From contig CAXSGP010000012.1 of assembly GCA_964236955.1 (NCBI GenBank), positions 1-64,000 of the forward strand: a stretch of 64,000 bases of DNA. The letters run 5' to 3'. Under the pieces are notes generated by a model. The model did no database searches and was not told where the DNA came from. It saw nothing but the letters and a program-made list of their open reading frames with translations. Within the stretch, counting starts at the first letter, position 1; each line of letters starts with the position of its first letter. The position numbers and the translations under genes were made by a program. Below, in pieces: positions 49,414 to 59,390 of this stretch. Origin of the DNA: an uncultured Oligoflexus sp. Lineage in GTDB: Bacteria; Bdellovibrionota_B; Oligoflexia; Oligoflexales; Oligoflexaceae.

Positions 49414-49974
49414 GTGATTCAAGATCCCAACACCTATCGCATCATAGGCATCGATCCGGGCTCACAAATCACGGGTTTTGGTATACTCGAAATACCGAGC
49501 GGCATAGTCAATATCAAAAAAATTCGTCTCGTGGCAGCAGGAGTTCTTAAATCCCAAAGCAAGCTCCCGCATTATGATCGTTCCGGATATTTACACGATG
49601 CGATGTTTCAACTCACCGAAAAATATCGGCCTGAATGGTGTGCTATAGAAAAAGCCTTTGCAGGGGTCAACATCAACTCGGCTCTGCGCCTGGGCGAGAC
49701 CCGCGGCGCCTTGATCGCGGCGGTACGTCGGAATAAAATTCAAGTGGCGGAACTGAGCGCCACCCATGTCAAGAAAAGCGTGACCGGTCAGGGTCATGCA
49801 AGTAAGGATCAGGTCGCAGCGGCTTTGAAGTATCTCTTGGACTTTGATCGGGGCGACCTTCCTCACGATGCCAGCGATGCAATTGCAATTGCCCTGTCGC
49901 ATGCATTATCCTTAGGAACTTACACGGCAGTGACACGAACCTGTCCTTCACCTTCAAATGCTTCGGTTGGCTAA
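49414..49974 (+). CDS. ruvC: Holliday junction resolvase
   Basis: IGIDPGS, AIEKAF, VKKSVTGQGHASKDQV, DASDAIAIA. Confidence 0.95.
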   Translation: MIQDPNTYRIIGIDPGSQITGFGILEIPSGIVNIKKIRLVAAGVLKSQSKLPHYDRSGYLHDAMFQLTEKYRPEWCAIEKAFAGVNINSALRLGETRGALIAAVRRNKIQVAELSATHVKKSVTGQGHASKDQVAAALKYLLDFDRGDLPHDASDAIAIALSHALSLGTYTAVTRTCPSPSNASVG

Positions 49975-51024
<1,050 letters not shown>

Positions 51025-51027
51025 GAC

Positions 51028-52287
51028 ATGAGATTTTCCCGTATCATTGCCTTCCGTTATCTCCATGCCAGCCGCGAAAATCGTTATTTTTCGTGGATCA
51101 CTCTTCTATCGCTGCTCGGTTTGGCGATTGGTGTTGCGGCGTTGATTGTGGTGCTGTCTGTGATCAACGGCTTTGAATATGAGTTACGCAATCGTTTCCT
51201 TCAGGCCAATGCTCATATTATGGCTTATCGTTACCCGGCGGGTATGGTGAATCCTGAAAAGTTGGGTCAGAAGATCATGAAGGATCCGGATTTCAAGGAC
51301 GATGTGCAGGGCATTTCGCCTTTCATTCACTACGAGACAATGGCGAAGAATGGTTCTGTGCTTCAGGGTGTATTGGTGCGGGGTATCAATCCTAAAATGC
51401 GGGAGAAGGTGCAAAGCATAGCCACGCTTATCAATCCACCGGGTGCGCTGTCGCTTCTGCAAAAAGAGATAGTGGACGATAAAGCAGGCAAGCCGGAGGC
51501 AGAGCTTCCGGCGATCATTATTGGTTCGGGCCTGGCGGAAACGCTTCAAGTGAAGATCGGAAGTCCCATCCATCTTATCGCGCCATCGGAAAATAATTTC
51601 TCGGATATGAAGCGTTTCAAGGTGGTGGGTACCTATAATTCCGGACTTAAGCACTATGACAATCGACTCATCCTACTGAGTTTGACCAGCGCGCAAAAAT
51701 TTTTCCATATGGGAAAAACCGTTACGGGTATTGAGATAGGCTTAAAGGATGCGGATAAGAGTCCTGAGGTGGCGCGTAAGCTTGAGGCTAAGTTTGAGTT
51801 TTCCTTTCGGGAGTGGCAGGCCTATAATCGGCCGTTATTCGAGGCGATGGAGCGTGAACGCCTGGTCATTGCCATAATCGTGGCGATGGTTGTGATTGTG
51901 GCTGGTTTTAATATTTTGACGACGGTTTTTGTTTCGGTGAGTCAGAGGCAGAGGGATATATCGATTCTGAAAGCGCTGGGTGCAACCAATACTCAAATTA
52001 TGAGGCTTTTTCTGATTCAAAGTTCGTGTATTGGTGTCGGCGGCAGTGTGGTTGGGGTGGCGCTTGCGGGCGTGATTTCCTTCATTCTGGAAAAGTATCC
52101 CTTTATCGATTTGCCCGAGCCATACTTCCTCAAAAGTCTGCCCGTCCATTATAGCTGGAGTGTCTATTCAGTCGTGTGTTTCGCGGCGATAGGGATATGT
52201 ATTTGCGCAGGACTTTATCCGGCCCTGATTGCATCAAGGGTGTCGCCTACGGAGGGTATAGCTGGTACGGGCCAGGCCATTTTGTGA
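51028..52287 (+). CDS. LolC/E-family lipoprotein-releasing ABC permease, copy 1
   Basis: GLAIGVAALIVVLSVINGFE, periplasmic domain, AGFNIL...DISILKALGA, GLYPA. Confidence 0.9.
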   Translation: MRFSRIIAFRYLHASRENRYFSWITLLSLLGLAIGVAALIVVLSVINGFEYELRNRFLQANAHIMAYRYPAGMVNPEKLGQKIMKDPDFKDDVQGISPFIHYETMAKNGSVLQGVLVRGINPKMREKVQSIATLINPPGALSLLQKEIVDDKAGKPEAELPAIIIGSGLAETLQVKIGSPIHLIAPSENNFSDMKRFKVVGTYNSGLKHYDNRLILLSLTSAQKFFHMGKTVTGIEIGLKDADKSPEVARKLEAKFEFSFREWQAYNRPLFEAMERERLVIAIIVAMVVIVAGFNILTTVFVSVSQRQRDISILKALGATNTQIMRLFLIQSSCIGVGGSVVGVALAGVISFILEKYPFIDLPEPYFLKSLPVHYSWSVYSVVCFAAIGICICAGLYPALIASRVSPTEGIAGTGQAIL

Positions 52288-52644
52288 AGGGGCTTTCCAT
52301 CAAAAACTGATTTTATTTAACGAGTCCGTCTTCCACTCTTTATGCAGTAGATGTCTCAGCGCTCAAGCGGCCTCTGCTTCAAACTCGCCTAATAATGAAC
52401 GCCCTACTGATTTTCAACAGTATCCGGCGTCAAAATCGTGGTGCCGTCGATTATTTTTACGTGAAAGCCTCGCCATCTCCAATTTTCAGGACTATTGCCA
52501 GTCACATTTTTACCTAGATCAAGGCTAAGCGACCTGAAGGGATCGACTGACAGACGTTGCCTTGCGCGCCCGGAGCTGACGATATTCAAAGAGCACGCTT
52601 TTTCCCCCACCACTAAGCTTCATAACTAAAAGTCAAAAGCTCAC

Positions 52645-52666
52645 GGTTAACACTTGGTTAATACTG
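52645..52666 (+). promoter_or_regulatory. 11-bp direct repeat (Pho-box/OmpR-family-like)
   Basis: GGTTAACACTT GGTTAATACTG upstream of the Ala-rich gene. Confidence 0.4.
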
Positions 52667-52820
52667 AAAGCTTAAGCGGCACTGTACATTCTAAATACGC
52701 CCCAATTCTCTCTTTGTTTCCATCAATTTAAGCGATTTAACTTGGCCTAGCAGACCACAAGACGATGAGTTAGCTAGATGTTGTTCCGGAGTCAAACTAA
52801 CCAAGCCAGGGATTCAAATC

Positions 52821-53516
52821 ATGAAAATATCACTGATCTCAATCGTACTTATTGCTTCACTGAGTTCTACTGTTTTTGCAAATCCGGGAGCGGGAGCGGC
52901 TGCTCAGGCGGGAGCGGCTGCTCAGGCGGGAGCGGCTGCTCAGGCGGGAGCGGCTGCTCAGGCGGGAGCGGTAGCAGCACCGGCAGCCGGAGCAGCTGCT
53001 GCGGCAAGACGAGCAGCTAGAGCTGCGGCTCAGGCTGCTGCTGCAGCTGCTGCGGCTCCGGCAGTAGTCGCTGCTCCAGCAGCTCAGGCAGGCGCAGCAG
53101 CGGGAAGGGCAGCTGCACGAGCTGCAAGACGAGCAGCTAGAGCTGCTGCGGCCGCAGCAGCAGCTGCCGCTCCCGCAGTAGTAGCCGCTCCGGCATTAGT
53201 AGGCGCTCCAGCAGTAGTCGCTGCTCCGGCAGCTCAGGCAGGCGCAGCAGCGGGAAGGGCAGCTGCACGAGCTGCAAGACGAGCAGCTAGAGCTGCTGCG
53301 GCCGCAGCAGCAGCTGCCGCTCCAGCAGCAGCTGCCGCTCCAGCAGCAGCTGCCGCTCCAGCAGCTCAAGCAGGCGCAGCAGCGGGAAGAGCCGCTGCAC
53401 GGGCTGCAAGACGAGCAGCTAGAGCTGCTGCGGCCGCAGCAGTAGTCGCCGCTCCCGCAGTAGTCGCCGCTCCCGCAGTAGTCGCCGCTCCCGCAGTAGC
53501 CGCAGTTGTTCCTTAA
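52821..53516 (+). CDS. Secreted Ala/Arg-rich repetitive protein
   Basis: Sec signal MKISLISIVLIASLSSTVFA. The mature chain is almost only A, G, P, V, Q and R. Followed by its own terminator. Confidence 0.75.
   Translation: MKISLISIVLIASLSSTVFANPGAGAAAQAGAAAQAGAAAQAGAAAQAGAVAAPAAGAAAAARRAARAAAQAAAAAAAAPAVVAAPAAQAGAAAGRAAARAARRAARAAAAAAAAAAPAVVAAPALVGAPAVVAAPAAQAGAAAGRAAARAARRAARAAAAAAAAAAPAAAAAPAAAAAPAAQAGAAAGRAAARAARRAARAAAAAAVVAAPAVVAAPAVVAAPAVAAVVP
52890..53500 (+). repeat. Nested coding tandem repeats
   Basis: 18-nt GCGGGAGCGGCTGCTCAG x4.5 (52890-52971); a block of about 100 nt x3 with periods of 150 and 132 nt; 18-nt GCAGTAGTCGCCGCTCCC x3 at the 3' end. Confidence 0.92.
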
Positions 53517-53533
53517 TTAGCAATGAGATGGTA

Positions 53534-53563
53534 GCGGAGCTTTCAAAAGCTCCGCAATTTTCT
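53534..53563 (+). terminator. Intrinsic terminator
   Basis: GCGGAGCTT-tcaa-AAGCTCCGC followed by AATTTTCT. Confidence 0.7.
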
Positions 53564-53766
53564 AAATTCAATACATTCAACCATGCTTAGTAATAGTCGA
53601 TAATCCATGAATTGCTGTTGCTTTCTCTCGTTTCTCAATCCCCTTGGAGATTCTGAATAGCGGCTATTTAAGAGCTTCATTAATTTTTCCTACTGAGACA
53701 AAGCTCGTTCTGCTATGATTTGTAAATATGATAGCCTCAAAGTAAAGGCCTTAGACGCTCCCGGTA

Positions 53767-54753
53767 TTGGACCGTCAGGGAATAGGCTGGCGCATGCCGA
53801 AAATCGGACTTCCACCTGTATTTCTAAAGAGCCAAATCCCCCTAAGTTTGGCGATTCTAGACTTCGGTATCTGTAGTCTCCTGGTCCATTCATTAGAAGT
53901 ATCGGCTTCAACTCAAAATGGCCAAAAACAACCTAAGTTGCCTATTTCTGCAGTCGCAAGTTTTAATTACACGGACTCGACGATCAGTAAAGCGGAAGGC
54001 GCTGTGGAAGGTCTTACTCTTGGGCTAGACCTTGGTGTGACTCTGACCCCAACATCGAGCTTTTTTTTTGGCGCCAGTTACCAACAGGGGCCCCTGGGCC
54101 TTCAGGACCTAAAACTTGGAATTAGCAAGATTTTCCTGTTGAACGTTGAGTACATTGAGGCTATTTCCGCCACCCTATCCTTGCCCACCTCTAAATTTAG
54201 TCAGTCAGCTCGTTTAATAACCCAAACGACAGCCGCCAACAGCCTTATCTTTCGACGAGGCCCATTCGGTACGGTCTCGACTGTCTTTGCCGGCAAATCT
54301 TTTTATTCTTATCGACCAAAAATTCTTTTGTCGTCCGATATTTATCCCTCCCCTGTTCCAGGCCCTGTCAACCCATCCACGATCGCTCGACCGGTGGGGA
54401 CTCCATCGAACGGTTCCGACCCAGCTGCTGAGAGGGACCCAATTTTAGAGGAATCCGGAACAAGCTTCAGCAGCAGTATCAACCAAAATCTCCTTGATGA
54501 ATTTTATGGGGCCAGCTTTGGAATAAACTATTCGTTACTTGCTAAATTGTCGTTCGACCCATCGCTTTCAGTTACAAGACTCAGCTTCTCAAAGTCGCCA
54601 AGCACCTGGGCCACCGATGTAACGCCAGTCCAATTTACATGGACCAAAAAGAAATTATCCATGTTTGCCTCCTATAGCCTCTTCATAAATTCGCCCGTTA
54701 TCCAAATTCCACATTCCGCATCCTATACGGTTGGCGCAGCCTACACGATATGA
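53767..54753 (+). CDS. Putative outer-membrane beta-barrel protein (start uncertain)
   Basis: Alternating amphipathic strands (LTLGLDLGVTL, FFFGASY, GASFGINYSL), C-terminal YTVGAAYTI and an internal Pro-rich loop. Confidence 0.55.
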   Translation: MDRQGIGWRMPKIGLPPVFLKSQIPLSLAILDFGICSLLVHSLEVSASTQNGQKQPKLPISAVASFNYTDSTISKAEGAVEGLTLGLDLGVTLTPTSSFFFGASYQQGPLGLQDLKLGISKIFLLNVEYIEAISATLSLPTSKFSQSARLITQTTAANSLIFRRGPFGTVSTVFAGKSFYSYRPKILLSSDIYPSPVPGPVNPSTIARPVGTPSNGSDPAAERDPILEESGTSFSSSINQNLLDEFYGASFGINYSLLAKLSFDPSLSVTRLSFSKSPSTWATDVTPVQFTWTKKKLSMFASYSLFINSPVIQIPHSASYTVGAAYTI

Positions 54754-54909
54754 ATGGAGCATTTAAAACGGATCTCTCAAATTGAAGTAAGTCGAGAGAT
54801 CTACGAGACCATCGGGCAAAGCTCTCTCCCGTGGCTTGAAATGCCCTTCTTTTTATGTCAAGTATGCGGCTGACTATTGCATTCAATGCTCTGTGCCCAT
54901 GGGTAATCT

Positions 54910-56169
54910 ATGAAACTATCTCGCCTCATCGCCTTGCGTTATCTCCATTCTAGCCGCGAAAATCGCTATTTTTCCTGGATAACTGTTTTATCGGTTATGG
55001 GGCTTGCTATCGGTGTGTCGGCTTTGATCGTGGTTATTTCTGTCTTCAACGGTTTTGAGATCGAGGTCCGTAAGCGCCTCCTTCAATCCAATGCCCACAT
55101 TTGGGCTACCTCTTACCCCTATGGCCTCGAGGACCCTCCCAAATGGGAACGTGTAATCATGGCCAATCCGGATTTCGGTCCGAAAATCCAGGCAATTGCG
55201 CCGTTTATCCACAGTCAAACCATGGCCAAAAACGATGCGGCCCTAAGGGGCGTTTTTATCCGCGGGGTGATACCCCGGCAGCAGGAAAAAGTGCAGAGTC
55301 TTATCAATCTCGTTCAGCCTCCTCAAGCCTTGCAGATTCTTCAGCATGAAATCGATGATCATGCCAAGGGCCTTCCCATACCGGAAGTGCCATCTGTCAT
55401 CCTAGGGGTAGGACTGCAAAACACTTTAAATACTAAAGTTGGCGAGGTGGTGCGTTTGATCGATCCCTCCGCTTCGACCTTTGTCGTCAGCAAACCCTTT
55501 AAGGTGGTCGGCACCTTCAATTCAGGCCTTCAGGACGCTGACAATAGAATTGTCGTCATGAGTCTGAGCACCGCGCAGAACCTGACCGGCCTCGGTGACA
55601 AGGTCACGGGTCTGTCCTTTGCTCTAAAAAACCCCGAACTCAGCGCCGAGATTTCCGCGCTCATGAGTCGTAGCTATGACAATCTCACCTTCAAAAACTG
55701 GGAGAGTTTCAACAGCCGTTTTTTTGAAACCATGGCTTCCGAACGCGTGCGGGTCGGTTTAATCGTAGGCCTGGTGGCCCTTGTCGCGGGCTTTAATATC
55801 CTTACCACCGTCTTTGTCTCGGTCAGCCAGCGGCAAAAGGATATCTCCATCCTCAAGGCCCTTGGGGCAAGCACTTCCTCAATCATGCAGATATTTTTGC
55901 TGCAAAGTACCGCAATCGGTTTGCTGGGCAGTCTGATCGGGGTCATCTTGGCTGGAATTATTTCCTATATTCTCGAGAACTTTCCCTTCCTCGATCTGCC
56001 CGATCCCTATTTGCTGCGAACCCTGCCCGTCGCCTACAGCTTTACCGTCTATGCGGGGGCCTGTCTGATCGCCAGCGGCATCTGCTGGTTTGCAGGGCTT
56101 TATCCGGCATATATCGCCTCGCGGGTCAATCCTTCGGAAGGAATGGCCGGTACTGGTCAGGCCCTTTAA
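54910..56169 (+). CDS. LolC/E-family lipoprotein-releasing ABC permease, copy 2
   Basis: 419 aa like copy 1, with shared blocks RYLH.SRENRYFSWIT, AGFNILTTVFVSVSQRQ.DISILKALGA and ASRV.P.EG.AGTGQA. Confidence 0.9.
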   Translation: MKLSRLIALRYLHSSRENRYFSWITVLSVMGLAIGVSALIVVISVFNGFEIEVRKRLLQSNAHIWATSYPYGLEDPPKWERVIMANPDFGPKIQAIAPFIHSQTMAKNDAALRGVFIRGVIPRQQEKVQSLINLVQPPQALQILQHEIDDHAKGLPIPEVPSVILGVGLQNTLNTKVGEVVRLIDPSASTFVVSKPFKVVGTFNSGLQDADNRIVVMSLSTAQNLTGLGDKVTGLSFALKNPELSAEISALMSRSYDNLTFKNWESFNSRFFETMASERVRVGLIVGLVALVAGFNILTTVFVSVSQRQKDISILKALGASTSSIMQIFLLQSTAIGLLGSLIGVILAGIISYILENFPFLDLPDPYLLRTLPVAYSFTVYAGACLIASGICWFAGLYPAYIASRVNPSEGMAGTGQAL

Positions 56170-56368
56170 ATCCGGCTCTGGGGTACCGCTAAGCCTGGCA
56201 CGCCAAGCTTCACGTGAATTCTTCCAAAGAATTCCCCCACTCAATTTGCTACATCTATCTACGCGCTCTTACTATACTATCACTTGAGAAAGTGCTGAAT
56301 GTGTTAGGAAAACCAGTTGTAAATGCAAATAGGTAAGTTAAGATGAGCGGTGTTTTTCTCGCAAGCAC

Positions 56369-57073
56369 GTGGGGTTCAGCTTGAGCATCGAAGAAGCGAC
56401 AACAAAGAAAAAGAAGATTCCCGCTGGGTCGATACCCCTGATGATGGCCGGCGATTTGATTTTAGCACGGAGTTCAAACCGTGAGTTCAGCCAGGTCTTT
56501 AGACGCTATGAAGCGCTGCTGGAAACTTTCGCCAATATGGAGCGAGAAGAGCGGCTCATGAACTATAAGTTCCTGGTGGCTCTGATGCTTACCAGCCATG
56601 CAAAAAAGATACAGAGTCTGGAAGAACGAAAATCATTGTTTGATCTCAAAAACCAACTCTATCTCAGTATTGCCAATACCAAGTCGCATCGAAAAAAGCT
56701 GGGCTTCCGTTATCTCGTGTCCAAGAACTTTCGGGTGATCGAATTCTGCGGCAATTGCAAGCGTAAAAATACGGCGGAAGGGCTCGATAGGCACAAGTGG
56801 AAGTTCTGCAAGGACTGCACAGTGGATAGAAAGTTCTACAATGTTCTGGCGATGACCCATAAGTTTGAGAAGGGCAATGTCGCCCTCTTTCTTTCCAATG
56901 ATCTTGTCCCGCAAGTCGAAGGCCTGATGGTCACACCGAAGGGCGAGCTGGAAAACGAGACGGAAGAAGGCCGCTTTGATAAATTTCACTATAATGTGAA
57001 AAATCTGGATATATTTACGCTTGAGTCGATACTGAAGGTTCATAGTCGACTGATGGCTCAATCCACCAGCTGA
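56369..57073 (+). CDS. Hypothetical basic protein with putative C4 zinc finger
   Basis: FCGNC-x16-FCKDC; start uncertain. Confidence 0.65.
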   Translation: MGFSLSIEEATTKKKKIPAGSIPLMMAGDLILARSSNREFSQVFRRYEALLETFANMEREERLMNYKFLVALMLTSHAKKIQSLEERKSLFDLKNQLYLSIANTKSHRKKLGFRYLVSKNFRVIEFCGNCKRKNTAEGLDRHKWKFCKDCTVDRKFYNVLAMTHKFEKGNVALFLSNDLVPQVEGLMVTPKGELENETEEGRFDKFHYNVKNLDIFTLESILKVHSRLMAQSTS

Positions 57074-57330
57074 TGGCGCGAAAAGCCAGCCTCGGAGACC
57101 GGGCCGGGAGACAAAAACTATGACTTTCTCCACCTAATAAAGGAAGCGGCATCCCGCAGGGTGGACCAGCAAGCCCGCCTTATCATGGCTATCTACTTTT
57201 TAACACTCTACTGGCTCGATTTGTAGTTTGCCGATGGGCAAAATCGGGCCTATCGACGCAAAACTCCAAGTGCTTTTCAAAGAGCAGGCACCTGTAACAG
57301 AGTTTTAACAGGGCTTCTATTTTTTTCTCG

Positions 57331-57381
57331 GAGGCTGCCTGAGAGCCCCTCACTGATATAAGGGGATTAAGCAGCCTTTTC
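57331..57381. terminator. Hairpin at the 3' end of dnaJ
   Basis: AGGCTGC...CCCCT...AGGGG...GCAGCCT followed by TTT. Confidence 0.45.
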
Positions 57382-57386
57382 ACTCA

Positions 57387-58505
57387 TTAATCCTTAAACA
57401 TCTTACTAAAGAAGCCGTTGCCGCCCGCGCCGACTTTCTCTCCGGAAAGTTCAGCAAACTGCTGCAGGAGTTCTTTTTGCTCCTTGGACATTTTGGTGGG
57501 CACCTCCACTTTCAGCTCCACCCACAAATCCCCGCGACCGATGCCACGGAGCTTGGGAATGCCTTCACCCGCTATCGTCAGCCGATGACCAAACTGAACA
57601 CCTGCGGGAACCTCAAGATCGACCGTATTGTTCACCAAAGTGGGAACTGTGAGTTTGGTACCCAAGGCCGCCTGTATCATCGAGATACTGGCATGATGCA
57701 CGAGATCGGAACCGTCGCGTTCAAAGTGAGGGCTTTCCTTGACCTGAAGGAATACGTAGAGGTCGCCGTTTGGCCCTCCACCCGCTCCGCCCTGACCCTC
57801 TTCGCTGACGCGAAGGCGGACACCTTGATCGACACCGGGAGGAATTTTAACACTCACTTTTTTCATATCGCGAACGCGGCCTTTGCCTTTGCAGGGCTTA
57901 CAGGGATTGGTAACGATCTCACCTTCGCCCTGGCAGGTCGGACAGGCGGTCGCGACCGAGAAAAAGCCTTGCGAACGTGCGACCTGGCCACGGCCCCCGC
58001 AGGTTCCACAGGTTTTTTTGCCGCCCGCTTCGGCCCGCTCGCCTTTGCAGACAGTGCAGGCAATATCACGTTCATATTCAATTTCTTTTTCCACGCCGAA
58101 TGCCGCGTCTTCGAACTCGAGTACGAGATCATAACGAAGATCCGCGCCTTTGCGTCCCCGACGTTTGCCGGCACCAGCGCCACCGCCTCCGGGCGAAGAA
58201 AAGCCAAAAAAATCTTCAAAAATAGATCCAAACGACGAAAAGACATCATTTACATCGGCGAAGCCCGAGAAGCCCTGACCCGATAGCCCGGCATGGCCAT
58301 AGGCATCGTATACCCGGCGCTTGTCGCCATCGGACAGGACTTCGTAAGCTTCCGCACATTCTTTGAATTTGTCCTCCGCCTCCTTATTTCCCGGATTACG
58401 GTCCGGGTGATACTTCATAGCCATTTGCCGATAGGCCCGCTTGACGTCTTGATCGGAAGCACCACGGGACACGCTTAAGATTTCGTAATAATCTCGTTTT
58501 TCCAT
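57387..58505 (-). CDS. dnaJ: Chaperone DnaJ (class A)
   Basis: J-domain with HPD, G/F-rich region and four CxxCxGxG-type repeats. Confidence 0.97.
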   Translation of the reverse strand: MEKRDYYEILSVSRGASDQDVKRAYRQMAMKYHPDRNPGNKEAEDKFKECAEAYEVLSDGDKRRVYDAYGHAGLSGQGFSGFADVNDVFSSFGSIFEDFFGFSSPGGGGAGAGKRRGRKGADLRYDLVLEFEDAAFGVEKEIEYERDIACTVCKGERAEAGGKKTCGTCGGRGQVARSQGFFSVATACPTCQGEGEIVTNPCKPCKGKGRVRDMKKVSVKIPPGVDQGVRLRVSEEGQGGAGGGPNGDLYVFLQVKESPHFERDGSDLVHHASISMIQAALGTKLTVPTLVNNTVDLEVPAGVQFGHRLTIAGEGIPKLRGIGRGDLWVELKVEVPTKMSKEQKELLQQFAELSGEKVGAGGNGFFSKMFKD

Positions 58506-58556
58506 AGATCGGTATTCCGTCCTTATATAAACCAGAAAGCTTGAATGTTTAGCGGA

Positions 58557-59375
58557 TTATTGAAAGGTATGTTCCGGTGCCGGAAATACCCCTGTTTTCA
58601 CTTCGCTATCATATTGTGCCACAGCTGCGGCTATAGATTCTCCCAGAGTAGCATACCTTTTTAAGAATTTGGGACTGAACTCACTGGGAAATCCGAGCAT
58701 ATCGTGAAGGACTAGAACCTGGCCATCGGTATCGGGCCCTGCCCCTATACCAATCGTCGGAACCTTAATAGCAGCCGTGATAGCCTTCGCTAAGCCTTGC
58801 GGCACCAGCTCCAGCACTAACGCACATACACCCGCATCCGCCAGCTCCTTAGCTTCACGGAGCATGGTCGCCGCTTCTTCGCCCCGGCCCTGAACTTTAT
58901 AGCCACCCAGGGTATGTATGCTTTGCGGAGTAAGGCCAAGGTGAGCCACGACTGGAATACCGGCCTGTACCATGGCCCTGACTTGAGGAAGGATCGCCGT
59001 TCCCCCCTCAACCTTCACCGCATGAGCTCCCCCTTCCTGCATAAGGCGCCCGGCGTTGCTTAGAGCCTGCTCGAGCGAAATATTATAGGACATGAAGGGC
59101 ATATCTGCGATCAGCATCGGCCGCGACAGCACCCGCGCAACAGCTGCTGTGTGATGAATCATATGCTCCATCGTCACGGGAATGGTATCCTTCATGCCGA
59201 GTACGACATTGCCCATACTGTCGCCGACAAGCACCAAATCGATCGACGATTTTTCGATAATTCCAGCAAAAGCTGCATCATAGCAGGTCAACATGCTGAG
59301 CTTTTGAGCGTCTTGCTTTCGCTTGAGCAAAGTTTTAACGGTCACGCGGGCCGAAAGGTCGTTATGTTTGCTCAA
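58557..59375 (-). CDS. panB: 3-methyl-2-oxobutanoate hydroxymethyltransferase
   Basis: LTCYDA, LVGDSMG, ADMPF, VKVEGG, HLGLTPQS, IGIGAG..TDGQVLV; TTG start. Confidence 0.96.
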   Translation of the reverse strand: MSKHNDLSARVTVKTLLKRKQDAQKLSMLTCYDAAFAGIIEKSSIDLVLVGDSMGNVVLGMKDTIPVTMEHMIHHTAAVARVLSRPMLIADMPFMSYNISLEQALSNAGRLMQEGGAHAVKVEGGTAILPQVRAMVQAGIPVVAHLGLTPQSIHTLGGYKVQGRGEEAATMLREAKELADAGVCALVLELVPQGLAKAITAAIKVPTIGIGAGPDTDGQVLVLHDMLGFPSEFSPKFLKRYATLGESIAAAVAQYDSEVKTGVFPAPEHTFQ

Positions 59376-59390
59376 TACTCACCTCAAAGT

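Noticed and set aside
52778..53020. 80-aa ORF with (GGSGCS)n repeats, superficially RiPP- or metallothionein-like
   Set aside because: It is an alternative frame of the 18-nt repeat. The Ala frame has a clear signal peptide, stays open across all repeats and ends at the terminator; no modifying enzymes are nearby.
52890..53500. Repeat region as a CRISPR array
   Set aside because: The repeats are contiguous, in-frame multiples of three, with no unique spacers and no cas genes.
56278..56300. CIRCE-like inverted repeat
   Set aside because: Wrong spacing and poor match to TTAGCACTC-N9-GAGTGCTAA, and it is not upstream of dnaJ.
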